Under the pieces are notes generated by a model, which saw only the letters and a program-made list of their open reading frames with translations, did not search any database and was not told where the DNA came from. The translations under genes and the position numbers were made by a program. DNA of 64,000 nt from Bdellovibrionales bacterium. Its GTDB lineage: Bacteria; Bdellovibrionota; Bdellovibrionia; Bdellovibrionales; UBA1609. Shown one piece after another: positions 38,784-48,634 of the stretch (its first letter is position 1; every line of letters begins with the position of its first letter). The DNA lies in NCBI GenBank assembly GCA_965199825.1, contig OZ241329.1, positions 1,760,001 through 1,824,000 of the forward strand, written 5' to 3'.

Positions 38784-39099
38784 TTGCAGGCCCTTTTGTT
38801 GCTGTTGAAATCCATTGATCAAATAATGGATGACCTGCGGCGACGTCAATCACCACAATACAAGGGCATTCATAAGGATGAAGATCTTTGAGTCTTGCAC
38901 TCGCTTGAGAAACCGCCTGATCCGAAGTTTTGAGTAAAACCGCAACTTCGGTCTCGGTTTTGAGTTGATCTTGCCATTTATAAATAGATTTTATTTGTGG
39001 AAACAAGTTGGCACAGGCCACAACACCTTCATCAACAAGGCTTGCACTGATTGCTTCAGCATCCTGTTGATGAGCGAAAGTGGTGTAGATCCATTTCAC
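38749..39099 (-). CDS. cutA: Divalent-cation tolerance protein CutA
   Basis: ACAN...I.SIY.W, E...LLKT, HPYECPCI. Confidence 0.92.
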   Translation of the reverse strand: MKWIYTTFAHQQDAEAISASLVDEGVVACANLFPQIKSIYKWQDQLKTETEVAVLLKTSDQAVSQASARLKDLHPYECPCIVVIDVAAGHPLFDQWISTATKGPAIDKTRVSKKSL

Positions 39100-39632
39100 T
39101 GGTTTTCGAGATCACGATAAACGCGGCTCCCGGTTGTGCGCTTTTGACCTTGGTATTTGCCGCGATAGGGAGATAAGGCCTGCTGATCCATTTTGCAAAA
39201 CACGAGCTGACAAATTCTGCGTCCAGCATCCAGCCGAATGGGCAGAGAATTGGCATTATAAAGTTCAAGAGTAATCTGACCCTCAAAGCCAGGATCAACC
39301 CAACCCGCATTTTGGATAAATAATCCCATGCGCCCGATTGAACTTCGTCCTTCAACGAAGGCGGTCAAATCGTCTGGCAATTTGACGTATTCCATTGTGG
39401 TTGCGAGCACAAAAGAATGGGGCGGGATGGTGATCGTTTCACCTTCGTACTCACGGTATTGAATTTCATTTTTTAAATCGAGAACCGAAACTTCGCGGTC
39501 TTCGACCTCAAGAAAGTGATTGTCTAAACGGCAATCAATCGATGCGGGTTGAATCGAATCCTCGGTGATCGGGCTCACATACAGTGAGCCCGATTGAATC
39601 ATTTCTTTTAAAGTTTTGTCAGATAAAATCAC
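39096..39632 (-). CDS. dcd: dCTP deaminase
   Basis: [45 protein letters not shown]. Confidence 0.95.
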   Translation of the reverse strand: MILSDKTLKEMIQSGSLYVSPITEDSIQPASIDCRLDNHFLEVEDREVSVLDLKNEIQYREYEGETITIPPHSFVLATTMEYVKLPDDLTAFVEGRSSIGRMGLFIQNAGWVDPGFEGQITLELYNANSLPIRLDAGRRICQLVFCKMDQQALSPYRGKYQGQKRTTGSRVYRDLENQ

Positions 39633-41740
39633 TTCTTGGCTTCTTCGGCGCGCTTGGCTTGATACTTCTTCTGAAGTTCTTCTTGTAGGCCACGTGGAGT
39701 GGGCGCGTACTTTGAAAATTCCATTGTGAATTCGCCCTTGCCTTGTGTGGCGGAACGCAAATCGGTGGAATATCCAAACATCGTTGAAAGGGGAACTTCA
39801 GCTTCGACGATCACATAACCTTCGTTATTTGATGTGCCCTGAATAATTCCTCTGCGCTGATTCACTTGTCCCATCACGTTGCCCTGAAACTCTTCAGGTG
39901 CCGAAACTTCCAATTTCATAATCGGTTCAAGAGCTACCGGATTTGCTCGTTCATACGCTTGGCGAAATGCGGCCATCGCACAAATTCTAAAGGCCATCTC
40001 GCTCGAATCCACATCATGGTAGGCACCATCTTGAAGATGGCAAGCCACTCCAACGATGGGGTATCCAATCAAAGGTCCACGAGCCATTTGCTCTTGAAAT
40101 CCCTTATCGCAAGCAGGGATATATTCACGCGGAATGCGTCCGCCCGTCACTTCGTTAACGAACTCATAATTCTTGCCGCTGTTTGAATCCACGGGCTGAA
40201 TGAAACCTACCGTCTTCGCAAATTGTCCTGCTCCACCGGTTTGTTTTTTATGAGTGTAATCAAATTCGCCACGTCCACCAATCGTTTCGCGGTAAGCCAC
40301 CTGCGGTTGGCCGGCTACAACTTCGCAATTGAATTCGCGTTTCATTCGCTCGATGTACACATCCAAATGAAGCTCGCCCATTCCTGAAATAATAGTTTCG
40401 GCAGATTCTTCATCACGATGAACTCGAAACGTCGGATCTTCTTTGCGAAATTTGTTAAGGGCACGAGTGAAATTGGATGCCGCCTCTTTATTTTTTGGCG
40501 AAACCGCAAGCGAGATCACCGCGTCGGGCACAAACATCGATGTCAGTGTGTAATTCACATTGCCATCGGTAAATGTATCTCCAGATGCACAATCCACCCC
40601 AAACAAAGCCACAATATCGCCGGCACTTGCCGACTCGATTTCAACCATATCGCTCGAATGCATACGAACAAGGCGAGGCACCTTCACTTTTTTGCCACCA
40701 GCAGAAACGTTGGTGATAAAATCGCCCTTGCGCACTGTACCTTGGTACATGCGCATGTAAGTCAACTGGCCGTAGCGTCCATCTTCGAGTTTGAATGCCA
40801 ACATGACTGCAGGCTTATCTTTATCACAACTCAAAACAACTTCTTGCTCAGCATTGTCTTGATCAAGCGCAATGTTACGCACTTCGGGTGGGCTTGGAAG
40901 ATAGTCTTCAACTCCATCCAGAAGTTTTTGGACCCCTTTGTTTTTATAGGCCGAACCACAAAACACAGGTGTGAGTGTCATCGCAAGACAGCCCGCACGA
41001 ATTGCTTTTTTTAATTCGTCTTCGCTAGGGTCTTCTTCCATCAAAAATTTCTCGGCCAAGGCTTCGTCAAAATCCGCAGCTTTACCAATTAAAATTTGGC
41101 GGTATTTTTTTGCTTCATCAACAAGCTCAGCAGGGATTTCTTTTTCAATAACATCATCGCCGCTTGCCCCTTCAAAATAATAGGCCTTCATTTTAACAAG
41201 ATCGACAACGCCTAGGAACTTGTCTTCAGAACCAATGGGGATCTGAACCATCGCCGCATTGTGCTTTAATTTATCGCGAAGCTGTTCGGTGACGCGAAAT
41301 GGATTTGCGCCCGCGCGATCCAGCTTATTAATAAATGCCACGCGTGGAACATTATAACGCCTCATTTGGCGATCCACCGTAATTGATTGCGATTGAACGC
41401 CCGCCACACCACAAAGAACTAAAACTGCACCATCTAAAACGCGCAGCGATCGCTCAACCTCAATTGTGAAGTCGACGTGCCCGGGTGTATCGATAATATT
41501 GATTTCGATTTCTTTCCAATGCACGTTTGTGGCAGCCGATTGAATCGTAATGCCGCGCTCGCGCTCGAGATCCATACTATCCATCGTTGCACCAACGCCA
41601 TCCTTGCCTTTAACTTCGTGAATGGAGTGAATAGTGCCTGTGAAATAGAGAATGCGCTCGGTGAGAGTTGTTTTACCAGAGTCAATATGAGCGGAGATTC
41701 CAATATTTCGAACTTTTTCGAGGGTCCACTGCTTGGCCAT
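39629..41740 (-). CDS. fusA: Elongation factor G (spdEFG1/mtEFG1-like type)
   Basis: [46 protein letters not shown]. Confidence 0.97.
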   Translation of the reverse strand: MAKQWTLEKVRNIGISAHIDSGKTTLTERILYFTGTIHSIHEVKGKDGVGATMDSMDLERERGITIQSAATNVHWKEIEINIIDTPGHVDFTIEVERSLRVLDGAVLVLCGVAGVQSQSITVDRQMRRYNVPRVAFINKLDRAGANPFRVTEQLRDKLKHNAAMVQIPIGSEDKFLGVVDLVKMKAYYFEGASGDDVIEKEIPAELVDEAKKYRQILIGKAADFDEALAEKFLMEEDPSEDELKKAIRAGCLAMTLTPVFCGSAYKNKGVQKLLDGVEDYLPSPPEVRNIALDQDNAEQEVVLSCDKDKPAVMLAFKLEDGRYGQLTYMRMYQGTVRKGDFITNVSAGGKKVKVPRLVRMHSSDMVEIESASAGDIVALFGVDCASGDTFTDGNVNYTLTSMFVPDAVISLAVSPKNKEAASNFTRALNKFRKEDPTFRVHRDEESAETIISGMGELHLDVYIERMKREFNCEVVAGQPQVAYRETIGGRGEFDYTHKKQTGGAGQFAKTVGFIQPVDSNSGKNYEFVNEVTGGRIPREYIPACDKGFQEQMARGPLIGYPIVGVACHLQDGAYHDVDSSEMAFRICAMAAFRQAYERANPVALEPIMKLEVSAPEEFQGNVMGQVNQRRGIIQGTSNNEGYVIVEAEVPLSTMFGYSTDLRSATQGKGEFTMEFSKYAPTPRGLQEELQKKYQAKRAEEAKK

Positions 41741-41797
41741 TCATTTACCTTTCGGGAATTGCTTTTGGGGCTGTTAAAGATGATGTTTATCTCATAG

Positions 41798-43252
41798 ATG
41801 GACAACAAAAGGCAACAGCTTGAAGAGGCAAAGCGGATCCTTCAAAACCAGTTTGGATATGGGGACTTCCGCGCGCTGCAAGAATCTGTTCTGCAAAATC
41901 TGTTTGGCTCGCGCAATACTTTAGTTGTGATGCCGACGGGCAGTGGCAAGAGTCTTTGCTACCAAATTCCGGCACAAATTTTTAAAGGCCTCACCATTGT
42001 GGTCTCACCCCTGATTGCTCTGATTAAGGATCAATCTGATGGTTTACAAAAAAAGGGGATTCCCTGTTTAAGTCTGCACTCAGGATTAAGTAGCGAGCAA
42101 AAATCACGAACCCTTGAACAATTAAAAAACGGTGATGGACAAATTTTATTTGTAACTCCGGAGCGATTTCGCAAAACCAATTTTTGGCAAGCCATCAAAG
42201 ACCGAGAGATTTCGCTCTTTGCAGTGGACGAGGCCCATTGCCTGTCGCAGTGGGGGCATGATTTTAGGCCAGAGTATTCGCGTCTTGGTAAAATTCGTCA
42301 AAACCTTGGAAACCCCTTAACCTTGGCTTTGACCGCCACAGCACCTCCCGAGGTGCGCGCCGATATTTTAAAAACTTTGCGAATTGAGGTCGCTGAGGTT
42401 TTGGTTGACCGTGTTGAGCGGCCAAATCTTTATTTAAGCGTTTTAGAAACCTATGGAATTGCCGAAAAAGTGCGAACGATGGTAGGGCTGAGGCATCGTT
42501 TTGAAGGTCCTGCTATTTTTTATTTTTCGTTAATCTCAACCATCTACAAATTTTCTGAAGAGCTGAGCCGGCTCGGCATGGATCACTCTGTTTATCATGG
42601 TGATCTTCAGCCAGGGGTGCGCAGGCGCACACAAGAAGAGTTTTTGAAAACCAAAAATGGTTTACTCCTCGCCACCCCTGCATTCGGTTTGGGAGTCGAC
42701 AAACCCAATGTGCGCTTGATTGCCCATGGAGAAATTCCGGGATCCATTGATGCCTATTATCAAGAAGTCGGGCGTGCGGGACGCGACGGCGATTCGAGTT
42801 ATTGTTTTTTACTTTATGACGAAGATGATTTGACCACCCAAATGGAATTTTTAAAGTGGTCGAATCCTGAACCCAAGTTTATCGCAACCGTTTATCATTT
42901 GATAAAAAATAATCTCAGTCGAGTGAGAGCCGAGGGCATAGAATATTTAAAACGCACCATGAACTTTTATAATTCGAGAGACTTTCGGGTTGAGACGACT
43001 TTAGGTTTGCTCGCTCGGTACGATGCAATCATTTGGCCCGAAAGAAATTTTAAAAAAATCGAGGTGGGCGAAAGTGTTGAGTTTGATCAAAACCTTTTTG
43101 AGCTAAGATTTATGGAACTCCAAAAAAAACTTTTTCGGCTTATTGAATACACCAAGATCGAGACCTGTCGCAAAAAAATGATCTACGAATATTTTGGCGA
43201 GCTTGCGGTAATGCCCTGCGGTTTTTGCGATCGCTGTCAGAATCTTTTATGA
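41798..43252 (+). CDS. recQ: RecQ family ATP-dependent DNA helicase (short, no HRDC)
   Basis: MPTGSGKSLCYQ, VDEAHC.SQWGHDFRP, YYQE.GRAGRDG, C-terminal CR...C..CD.C. Confidence 0.92.
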   Translation: MDNKRQQLEEAKRILQNQFGYGDFRALQESVLQNLFGSRNTLVVMPTGSGKSLCYQIPAQIFKGLTIVVSPLIALIKDQSDGLQKKGIPCLSLHSGLSSEQKSRTLEQLKNGDGQILFVTPERFRKTNFWQAIKDREISLFAVDEAHCLSQWGHDFRPEYSRLGKIRQNLGNPLTLALTATAPPEVRADILKTLRIEVAEVLVDRVERPNLYLSVLETYGIAEKVRTMVGLRHRFEGPAIFYFSLISTIYKFSEELSRLGMDHSVYHGDLQPGVRRRTQEEFLKTKNGLLLATPAFGLGVDKPNVRLIAHGEIPGSIDAYYQEVGRAGRDGDSSYCFLLYDEDDLTTQMEFLKWSNPEPKFIATVYHLIKNNLSRVRAEGIEYLKRTMNFYNSRDFRVETTLGLLARYDAIIWPERNFKKIEVGESVEFDQNLFELRFMELQKKLFRLIEYTKIETCRKKMIYEYFGELAVMPCGFCDRCQNLL

Positions 43253-43902
43253 CACCAAAATATTTTCCTCCGCCCGAGTTTGCCTCTTCTGAAGGTCTGC
43301 TGGAGATGACCAAAGATATTAATTCCGATATATTGTTTGATGCTTACTCTAACGGGATATTTCCTTGGCCTCAGGAAAATCTTCCGGTGCTGTGGTTTTC
43401 GCCAAGCGAACGTGGCGTGCTCGATTTTTCAGAATTGCATTTAAGCCAAAGCTTAAAAAAAACTCTGAGGCAAAATCGGTTTGAAGTTCGATTTGATTCA
43501 GCTTTCGAGCAGGTCATTCGGTTGTGCCAAGGCAGTGCGCGGCCTGGCCAATCAGGCACATGGATTACCGATCAATTGATAGAAGCCTATCTTGATTTTC
43601 ATCAAAAAGGTTTTGCCCACTCGGTGGAATGTTATTTAGATCAAGAATTGGTTGGCGGCGTCTACGGAGTTTACGTCAAAAATGTGTTTTGTGGTGAAAG
43701 CATGTTTTATCTTGAACCCAATGCCTCAAAGGTCGCACTTGTTCATTTGATCGAATACCTTCGTTCACACCATATGAAGTGGATGGATATTCAGATGGTG
43801 ACCCCACTTTTAGAAAGTATGGGCGGAAAATATATTTCGCGAAAAGAATTTTTAAACAGACTTGAAATTGCACAAAGCACTAAGACAATCAAAATATTTT
43901 AA
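43249..43902 (+). CDS. aat: Leucyl/phenylalanyl-tRNA--protein transferase
   Basis: AY..GIFPW, WFSP, TWIT, AHSVE, F.GESMF, NASKVA; ATGA-coupled to recQ. Confidence 0.95.
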   Translation: MTPKYFPPPEFASSEGLLEMTKDINSDILFDAYSNGIFPWPQENLPVLWFSPSERGVLDFSELHLSQSLKKTLRQNRFEVRFDSAFEQVIRLCQGSARPGQSGTWITDQLIEAYLDFHQKGFAHSVECYLDQELVGGVYGVYVKNVFCGESMFYLEPNASKVALVHLIEYLRSHHMKWMDIQMVTPLLESMGGKYISRKEFLNRLEIAQSTKTIKIF

Positions 43903-44485
43903 AACGTTGACCCCAAGGTGCCCCACGTTCGGCATCATAATTTTCACTCGGCAGGGAAAGATAATAGAGCATACCCAATACTGCGAGCGCAAAGCCCGAA
44001 ACCAAAAGGATACGAATCCCTCGATAGATAAACCATGACGTCAGCCTTGCCATTTGCACGCGACGGTGTTGGATCATCAATTCTTTAAGACGAACATCCA
44101 GATTGCTTTGGATATGAGACTGCTGCATTTGGGGCAAGTTTTGGAATTGCACACCGATCATAATCAGATCCTGAAAATCAGGATTTTCACGCATCCACCA
44201 TATCTTTTTGGTGTGTTCTTCACACCGCACGACGCGCGCCCACCACGCCATCTGTTCGCCGCCTGGAATCGCAAATTCGACCTTGATCAAGTCGCCAAGC
44301 AAAGGGGCATCTTCACGCTCGATTAAAAAAGCCAATCCGGTTTTAGATAAATCAACCAGCGTGGTTTCTTGAATGGCTTCGGCGCCCTTTTCGTCTTGAT
44401 GCGAAAAGCGCAGCATCTTTTGGTCTTGGGGACGCAAAACATAGCGTGTCGCTCGGGGGATAAATCGTCGAAGAGTGTCACTCAT
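43889..44485 (-). CDS. PilZ-domain protein with C-terminal TM helix
   Basis: RxxxR-like RFIPRATR, DLSKTG (D/NxSxxG), ARVVR, GVQF; TM near C-terminus. Confidence 0.75.
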   Translation of the reverse strand: MSDTLRRFIPRATRYVLRPQDQKMLRFSHQDEKGAEAIQETTLVDLSKTGLAFLIEREDAPLLGDLIKVEFAIPGGEQMAWWARVVRCEEHTKKIWWMRENPDFQDLIMIGVQFQNLPQMQQSHIQSNLDVRLKELMIQHRRVQMARLTSWFIYRGIRILLVSGFALAVLGMLYYLSLPSENYDAERGAPWGQRFKIF

Positions 44486-44508
44486 AATCTATATTATCGG
44501 TTGATATT

Positions 44509-45786
44509 TCAAAGATCGAAAGTGTGTCTTGTTTTGAAACAGGAGGGGTTAGCAGTTGTTAGTTTGGAAGCTAATTTTGTTTTGAATTTGATATCGACAT
44601 GAGGATTTTTTAAAAGTGAGAGGTAGTCCAAAATATATTCTGGCGAATATCGACCAACAAAATAATCGGTCATAATTTCGTCTTGCAAAAGATGTTGTGC
44701 GTCGTCGTTGTAAAGTTGAGCCATATCGAAAAGGTCTTCGGTTTCGCTCCTTAAGAGATTGAGTCGATCAAATTCTAAAATGGCATCCTTTAAATCATCA
44801 GCACTATAGTACTGCGGCGGAGTCTGAATATGAATTAAGTGGAGCAAGGCCTCAATCTCTTGCTGATAAAATAAAAAAGGTATAGGTCGACCGAGCTGAG
44901 CATAATCAAGATTTTTAAAGTGGGGATAAAAGTCGGCATAGGCATCTTGAATGCCATTGAGTCTTTGTTTGATCTCTTCAAGATGATAAAGGGTGAGTTG
45001 AGTGACCGGATTTTTCAAAGTGTCTGAATTTAAAATATGATTCCTTCTTATTTCAACGAGGTCAATGAGCGGGAATTTTCGAATGCTGAAATCGGTACAG
45101 GCTTCAAGCACCTCGAAAGCTTTTGATCTTAATGATTCAAAACTTTGATCTGTGTTTAAGAAATTGCCAAATTCGGCTTGAAACTGACGAAGGCTTTGAT
45201 CGAATTTTAGGGCCCATTTTTCTGATTCTTTTGAGCGTTTCCAAATTTCAAGAGATTCGACCCACAGTGAATAGTCTGTGTCATTTTCGAATGAAATTTG
45301 AAAAGGGGGCGGAATCACAAAAATTGAGTTCGGCACCGTGGCCCGTGGGGCTTCATCAATCAATTTTTGGCAATGAGTGAGTGTTGCTCTCAGCGCAACC
45401 TTGATTGCCGCTCCGATAACTGAAGTGTTTGAAGCATTGAGCTGGATTAGCAGGTGTTGAGGCGACGGGGTCGCTTTGGCAAGATCCGATTGAGCATCTA
45501 AAAAGGTTTTAAGAACCATTTCTTTTTTAAAAGTCCAGTGATCGAGCACGTCGAGCAGATTGATTTCAAATTGCTTGAGTTGCGAAGATCGTCGCGCCTG
45601 GCGATTGTCGATACCTTTGAGATCAACACCATAACCGAGGCGTCTCAGTGTGAGGTACAAAGCCAGATTGAATTCCGAAGTTTTAAAAAAATTCTGTCTG
45701 GTAAGATGGCGAGAGGTTTGATCTCTGATCTTTGATGTCTGCAGATCTTTTTCACATGGGATCGCACTTGCTTCAAGTGCGATCAA
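44509..45786 (-). CDS. Hypothetical protein, paralogue 4 of tandem secreted array (most diverged)
   Basis: Shares T.EFN.A...L and YF...Y......YL.LLK.P.V...FK motifs with three upstream genes; start uncertain. Confidence 0.7.
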   Translation of the reverse strand: MIALEASAIPCEKDLQTSKIRDQTSRHLTRQNFFKTSEFNLALYLTLRRLGYGVDLKGIDNRQARRSSQLKQFEINLLDVLDHWTFKKEMVLKTFLDAQSDLAKATPSPQHLLIQLNASNTSVIGAAIKVALRATLTHCQKLIDEAPRATVPNSIFVIPPPFQISFENDTDYSLWVESLEIWKRSKESEKWALKFDQSLRQFQAEFGNFLNTDQSFESLRSKAFEVLEACTDFSIRKFPLIDLVEIRRNHILNSDTLKNPVTQLTLYHLEEIKQRLNGIQDAYADFYPHFKNLDYAQLGRPIPFLFYQQEIEALLHLIHIQTPPQYYSADDLKDAILEFDRLNLLRSETEDLFDMAQLYNDDAQHLLQDEIMTDYFVGRYSPEYILDYLSLLKNPHVDIKFKTKLASKLTTANPSCFKTRHTFDL

Positions 45787-45803
45787 GGCGCAGCCAATAA
45801 GTA

Positions 45804-47231
45804 TTAGGGCTTGTTGGGATTTGAAAATATATTTAGCCCCTGCTCCATGGCAATATTGCTCAATTGCGCCAACATGCCGCGGTCAGTTTTGCCAATCAAG
45901 TCTCTCAGCATAACGTACAAATCTTGTTTAAACTCTTTGCTTACCGAGGGGTCTTTGAAAAGTTCTAAAAATTCCGGCACAAGAGTGCGACGATAGGTCG
46001 TCCTAAAATATCTGTTGATAATGCCATCTCGAAATCCAGGATTTTTTAACCACAGATCTGAAATCGTTTTAAATTTTAAATTTGTGTCTGGCACAAATTT
46101 TAAATTCTCAAGCGAGCGATTAAGGGCATCTGCAGGGGACACCTTTTCTGAAGAATTAAAAAGTTCATTAATAATCTGAAAATCTAAATTTTTTGAAGCC
46201 TCAATGAGACTCAAAAGTTTTTGTTCCGAAATATTGAGGCTCAGTTTAAGAACTTCATTTTTTAGTGCATTCTCGCCTTTGGCGTCTTCACCAATATTTC
46301 GGCGAGCTTGAAGGATTTTTTCGATAAGATCTTGCGCGTCTATGCGGACATAATGATTTCTGCGTCTGATATCGGTTTCCCACTCGGTTTTACTGTTTGC
46401 GCTCTCTTGGAGAAACGCCAAATGATGAGACAAGTCGCGACTTTCATCTTGGCCTAAGTAAGCAATATCGACCAAACTCGCGGTCTCAACACCTTTAAAA
46501 TTAGCCAATGTGACCCGATCAAAAATTAGGAATTCTTTGTTTTTAAAAATCGACTGCCCCGTGAATTCTTTTTCTTTGGGCTCGAGTGCTGATCGCAAGC
46601 GAGCTTGAATCGGGATCGGCGGCATAAATACCATGGGATGAATACTCAAGTGAGTTGCAGACAACAGCGGCAACGCTGCTTTGGCTGGATCTCGCTCGTT
46701 TGAAAAATGGGCGGTGAGGTCTATAAGAGTATCTGTAATTGCTCGACGCACGCTGCGACTAAATACGTATCGAGGCATGCCCGTGGATTTAAGATCAGTG
46801 ATCAATTCCTTCATTCGAGCTTGAAAAATCAGGGTGTCTTTAGTTTGGGGGCCTGATGCAAGAATCTCGAGATACGTATCCAGTACTTCGGGAATAAAAA
46901 AATGCTCATGAAAGGGCCAACTTTCAAGAAATTGATTTAAGCCTTCGGCATACTCATAGGTCCGTCCCTCTGATATCCACGATAACCTGATCTTTTTTTT
47001 ATCAAGGGCTTTACGAATCGCCAAATTAAACTCTTGGGTGTTGAGCAGCTGATAGTCGAGTAAAAGTTGTTGAGCCTTTTGAGGTGAATCCACTTTCGAA
47101 AGCAAATATTTCGAAACCTTTGAGGATTCAAGCAAATGCTCGCAATTGTCGGCGGCCGATGCGACCCCAGAAATAAAAAACAAAATTAAAAATTTATTTA
47201 ACAATTTCAAATCGCACCTTACTTTCGTCAA
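45804..47231 (-). CDS. Secreted hypothetical protein, paralogue 3 of tandem array
   Basis: Signal peptide then NCEHLL; SKYLL, TQEFN, VLDTYLEIL, VDIAYLGQ, FKQDL, IAMEQGL. Alternative TTG start at 47210. Confidence 0.75.
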   Translation of the reverse strand: MTKVRCDLKLLNKFLILFFISGVASAADNCEHLLESSKVSKYLLSKVDSPQKAQQLLLDYQLLNTQEFNLAIRKALDKKKIRLSWISEGRTYEYAEGLNQFLESWPFHEHFFIPEVLDTYLEILASGPQTKDTLIFQARMKELITDLKSTGMPRYVFSRSVRRAITDTLIDLTAHFSNERDPAKAALPLLSATHLSIHPMVFMPPIPIQARLRSALEPKEKEFTGQSIFKNKEFLIFDRVTLANFKGVETASLVDIAYLGQDESRDLSHHLAFLQESANSKTEWETDIRRRNHYVRIDAQDLIEKILQARRNIGEDAKGENALKNEVLKLSLNISEQKLLSLIEASKNLDFQIINELFNSSEKVSPADALNRSLENLKFVPDTNLKFKTISDLWLKNPGFRDGIINRYFRTTYRRTLVPEFLELFKDPSVSKEFKQDLYVMLRDLIGKTDRGMLAQLSNIAMEQGLNIFSNPNKP

Positions 47232-48634
47232 TTGATAATTTGGAGGCCTTGGGCTGTTGCAATCTTTAACAGATCACGAAGGACTGCAGGATCCTCGTCC
47301 TTAATTTTATTTTTGAGCATCTCAAATAATAGTTGTTTAAATTGGGAACTCACCGAGTGATCCTCAAGAATCTTCAAATAAGTTGAAGCAAGAGACCTTT
47401 GGTAATTTTTCAAAAAATATTGATCGATGATTTCAATTTGATTTTCTGGATACTCGTCTGAAAAAATTGATATGGCAGTGAGCCTAAGCAGGGGATCGGT
47501 CATGTGCTGAAAGTACAGGCCGGCTTTTATCGTTGGAGAAGAATCGGAAATTGCTCTTTGTCTCTGAAGCTCTTTACTAGCCTCTATGATTACGAAACTT
47601 AGACGTTGGGAATTTTGAGCAAGCTCCAATAATTCAAGTTTGGTTTGTTCAAGAACTGTGCGTAACATTGCCTTAATATTTGATGTTTGCTCAGTCCCCA
47701 AATTTTGAAGCAGGCTAGGGTCGCGATCAAATTTATTTTCAAGTTGTTCGATATAAAAAATTATTCCGTCAAGTTGTTCGTACAGGTGAGAAATGCGAAA
47801 TTTGAGGACCTGAAACCCTTCGGATTTTGCATCTACAAGCTCTTTGGTCCAAAGTTCTTTTATTTGATTAAACTCGGTACGTAAACCCGCAACATAAACC
47901 TGACCAATGTAGGCAACATCAACAATGTTAAATTTGTTGGGTTGCTCAAGATCGGAAAGTCGAGGTGGATTTTTGATTTTTGGTTTGTTGTTTTTAAATA
48001 TCGAATGAGGATTTGGCTGATCCGAAGATAAAGGCGCTAGCGGCAGCGGTTGCTTCAGATCGAGAGATGAGCGTAGTAGCGAGTCTGAATCTGAAAGATG
48101 ATTTTGATCTAAGTTTGAATTGAGCTCATTCAAAGTGTGTTCAAGTGCCTCGCGAACGGCTGAGGCAAAAGCACTTCGAGGAAGACTTGAGGATTTGATA
48201 TCCGCAATCAGATCGTTGGCTCTTTGAGCAACAAAGGCTTTAGCTGGGGTTGAAATCTCTGAGACTAATATTTCCAGGTAAGCATCCAAAACTATTGGAA
48301 TCAAAAAGTGTTCAGCAAAATCCCAGTGATTTAAAATAGACTTTAAATTTTTTGTGTACCTTGTGGTTTGGCCCTGACTTAGCCATTCTTTTTTTAAACC
48401 CTTTTTGTTGAGCGCTCTTTCAACCGCCTGATTAAACTGTTCCGTACCCAGAAGTTGAAAGTCGGTGAGAATTCTGATCCCAGCATCTTGATCCTTTACA
48501 TTTGATAGTAAAAACTTTGAAATTTGGCCAGCTTGAACCGCTTTTAAAAACTCCTCACAACTGTGATTGGGTCCATTGCTCGCAAAAGCAAACAGAGGGA
48601 TAAAAGCTAAGGCTTTAATGCTAATTGCGAACAT
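47228..48634 (-). CDS. Secreted hypothetical protein, paralogue 2 of tandem array
   Basis: Signal peptide then SCEEFL; ISKFLL, TEQFNQA, VLDAYLEIL, VDVAYIGQ, FKQLL, IATAQGL. Confidence 0.75.
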   Translation of the reverse strand: MFAISIKALAFIPLFAFASNGPNHSCEEFLKAVQAGQISKFLLSNVKDQDAGIRILTDFQLLGTEQFNQAVERALNKKGLKKEWLSQGQTTRYTKNLKSILNHWDFAEHFLIPIVLDAYLEILVSEISTPAKAFVAQRANDLIADIKSSSLPRSAFASAVREALEHTLNELNSNLDQNHLSDSDSLLRSSLDLKQPLPLAPLSSDQPNPHSIFKNNKPKIKNPPRLSDLEQPNKFNIVDVAYIGQVYVAGLRTEFNQIKELWTKELVDAKSEGFQVLKFRISHLYEQLDGIIFYIEQLENKFDRDPSLLQNLGTEQTSNIKAMLRTVLEQTKLELLELAQNSQRLSFVIIEASKELQRQRAISDSSPTIKAGLYFQHMTDPLLRLTAISIFSDEYPENQIEIIDQYFLKNYQRSLASTYLKILEDHSVSSQFKQLLFEMLKNKIKDEDPAVLRDLLKIATAQGLQIIN

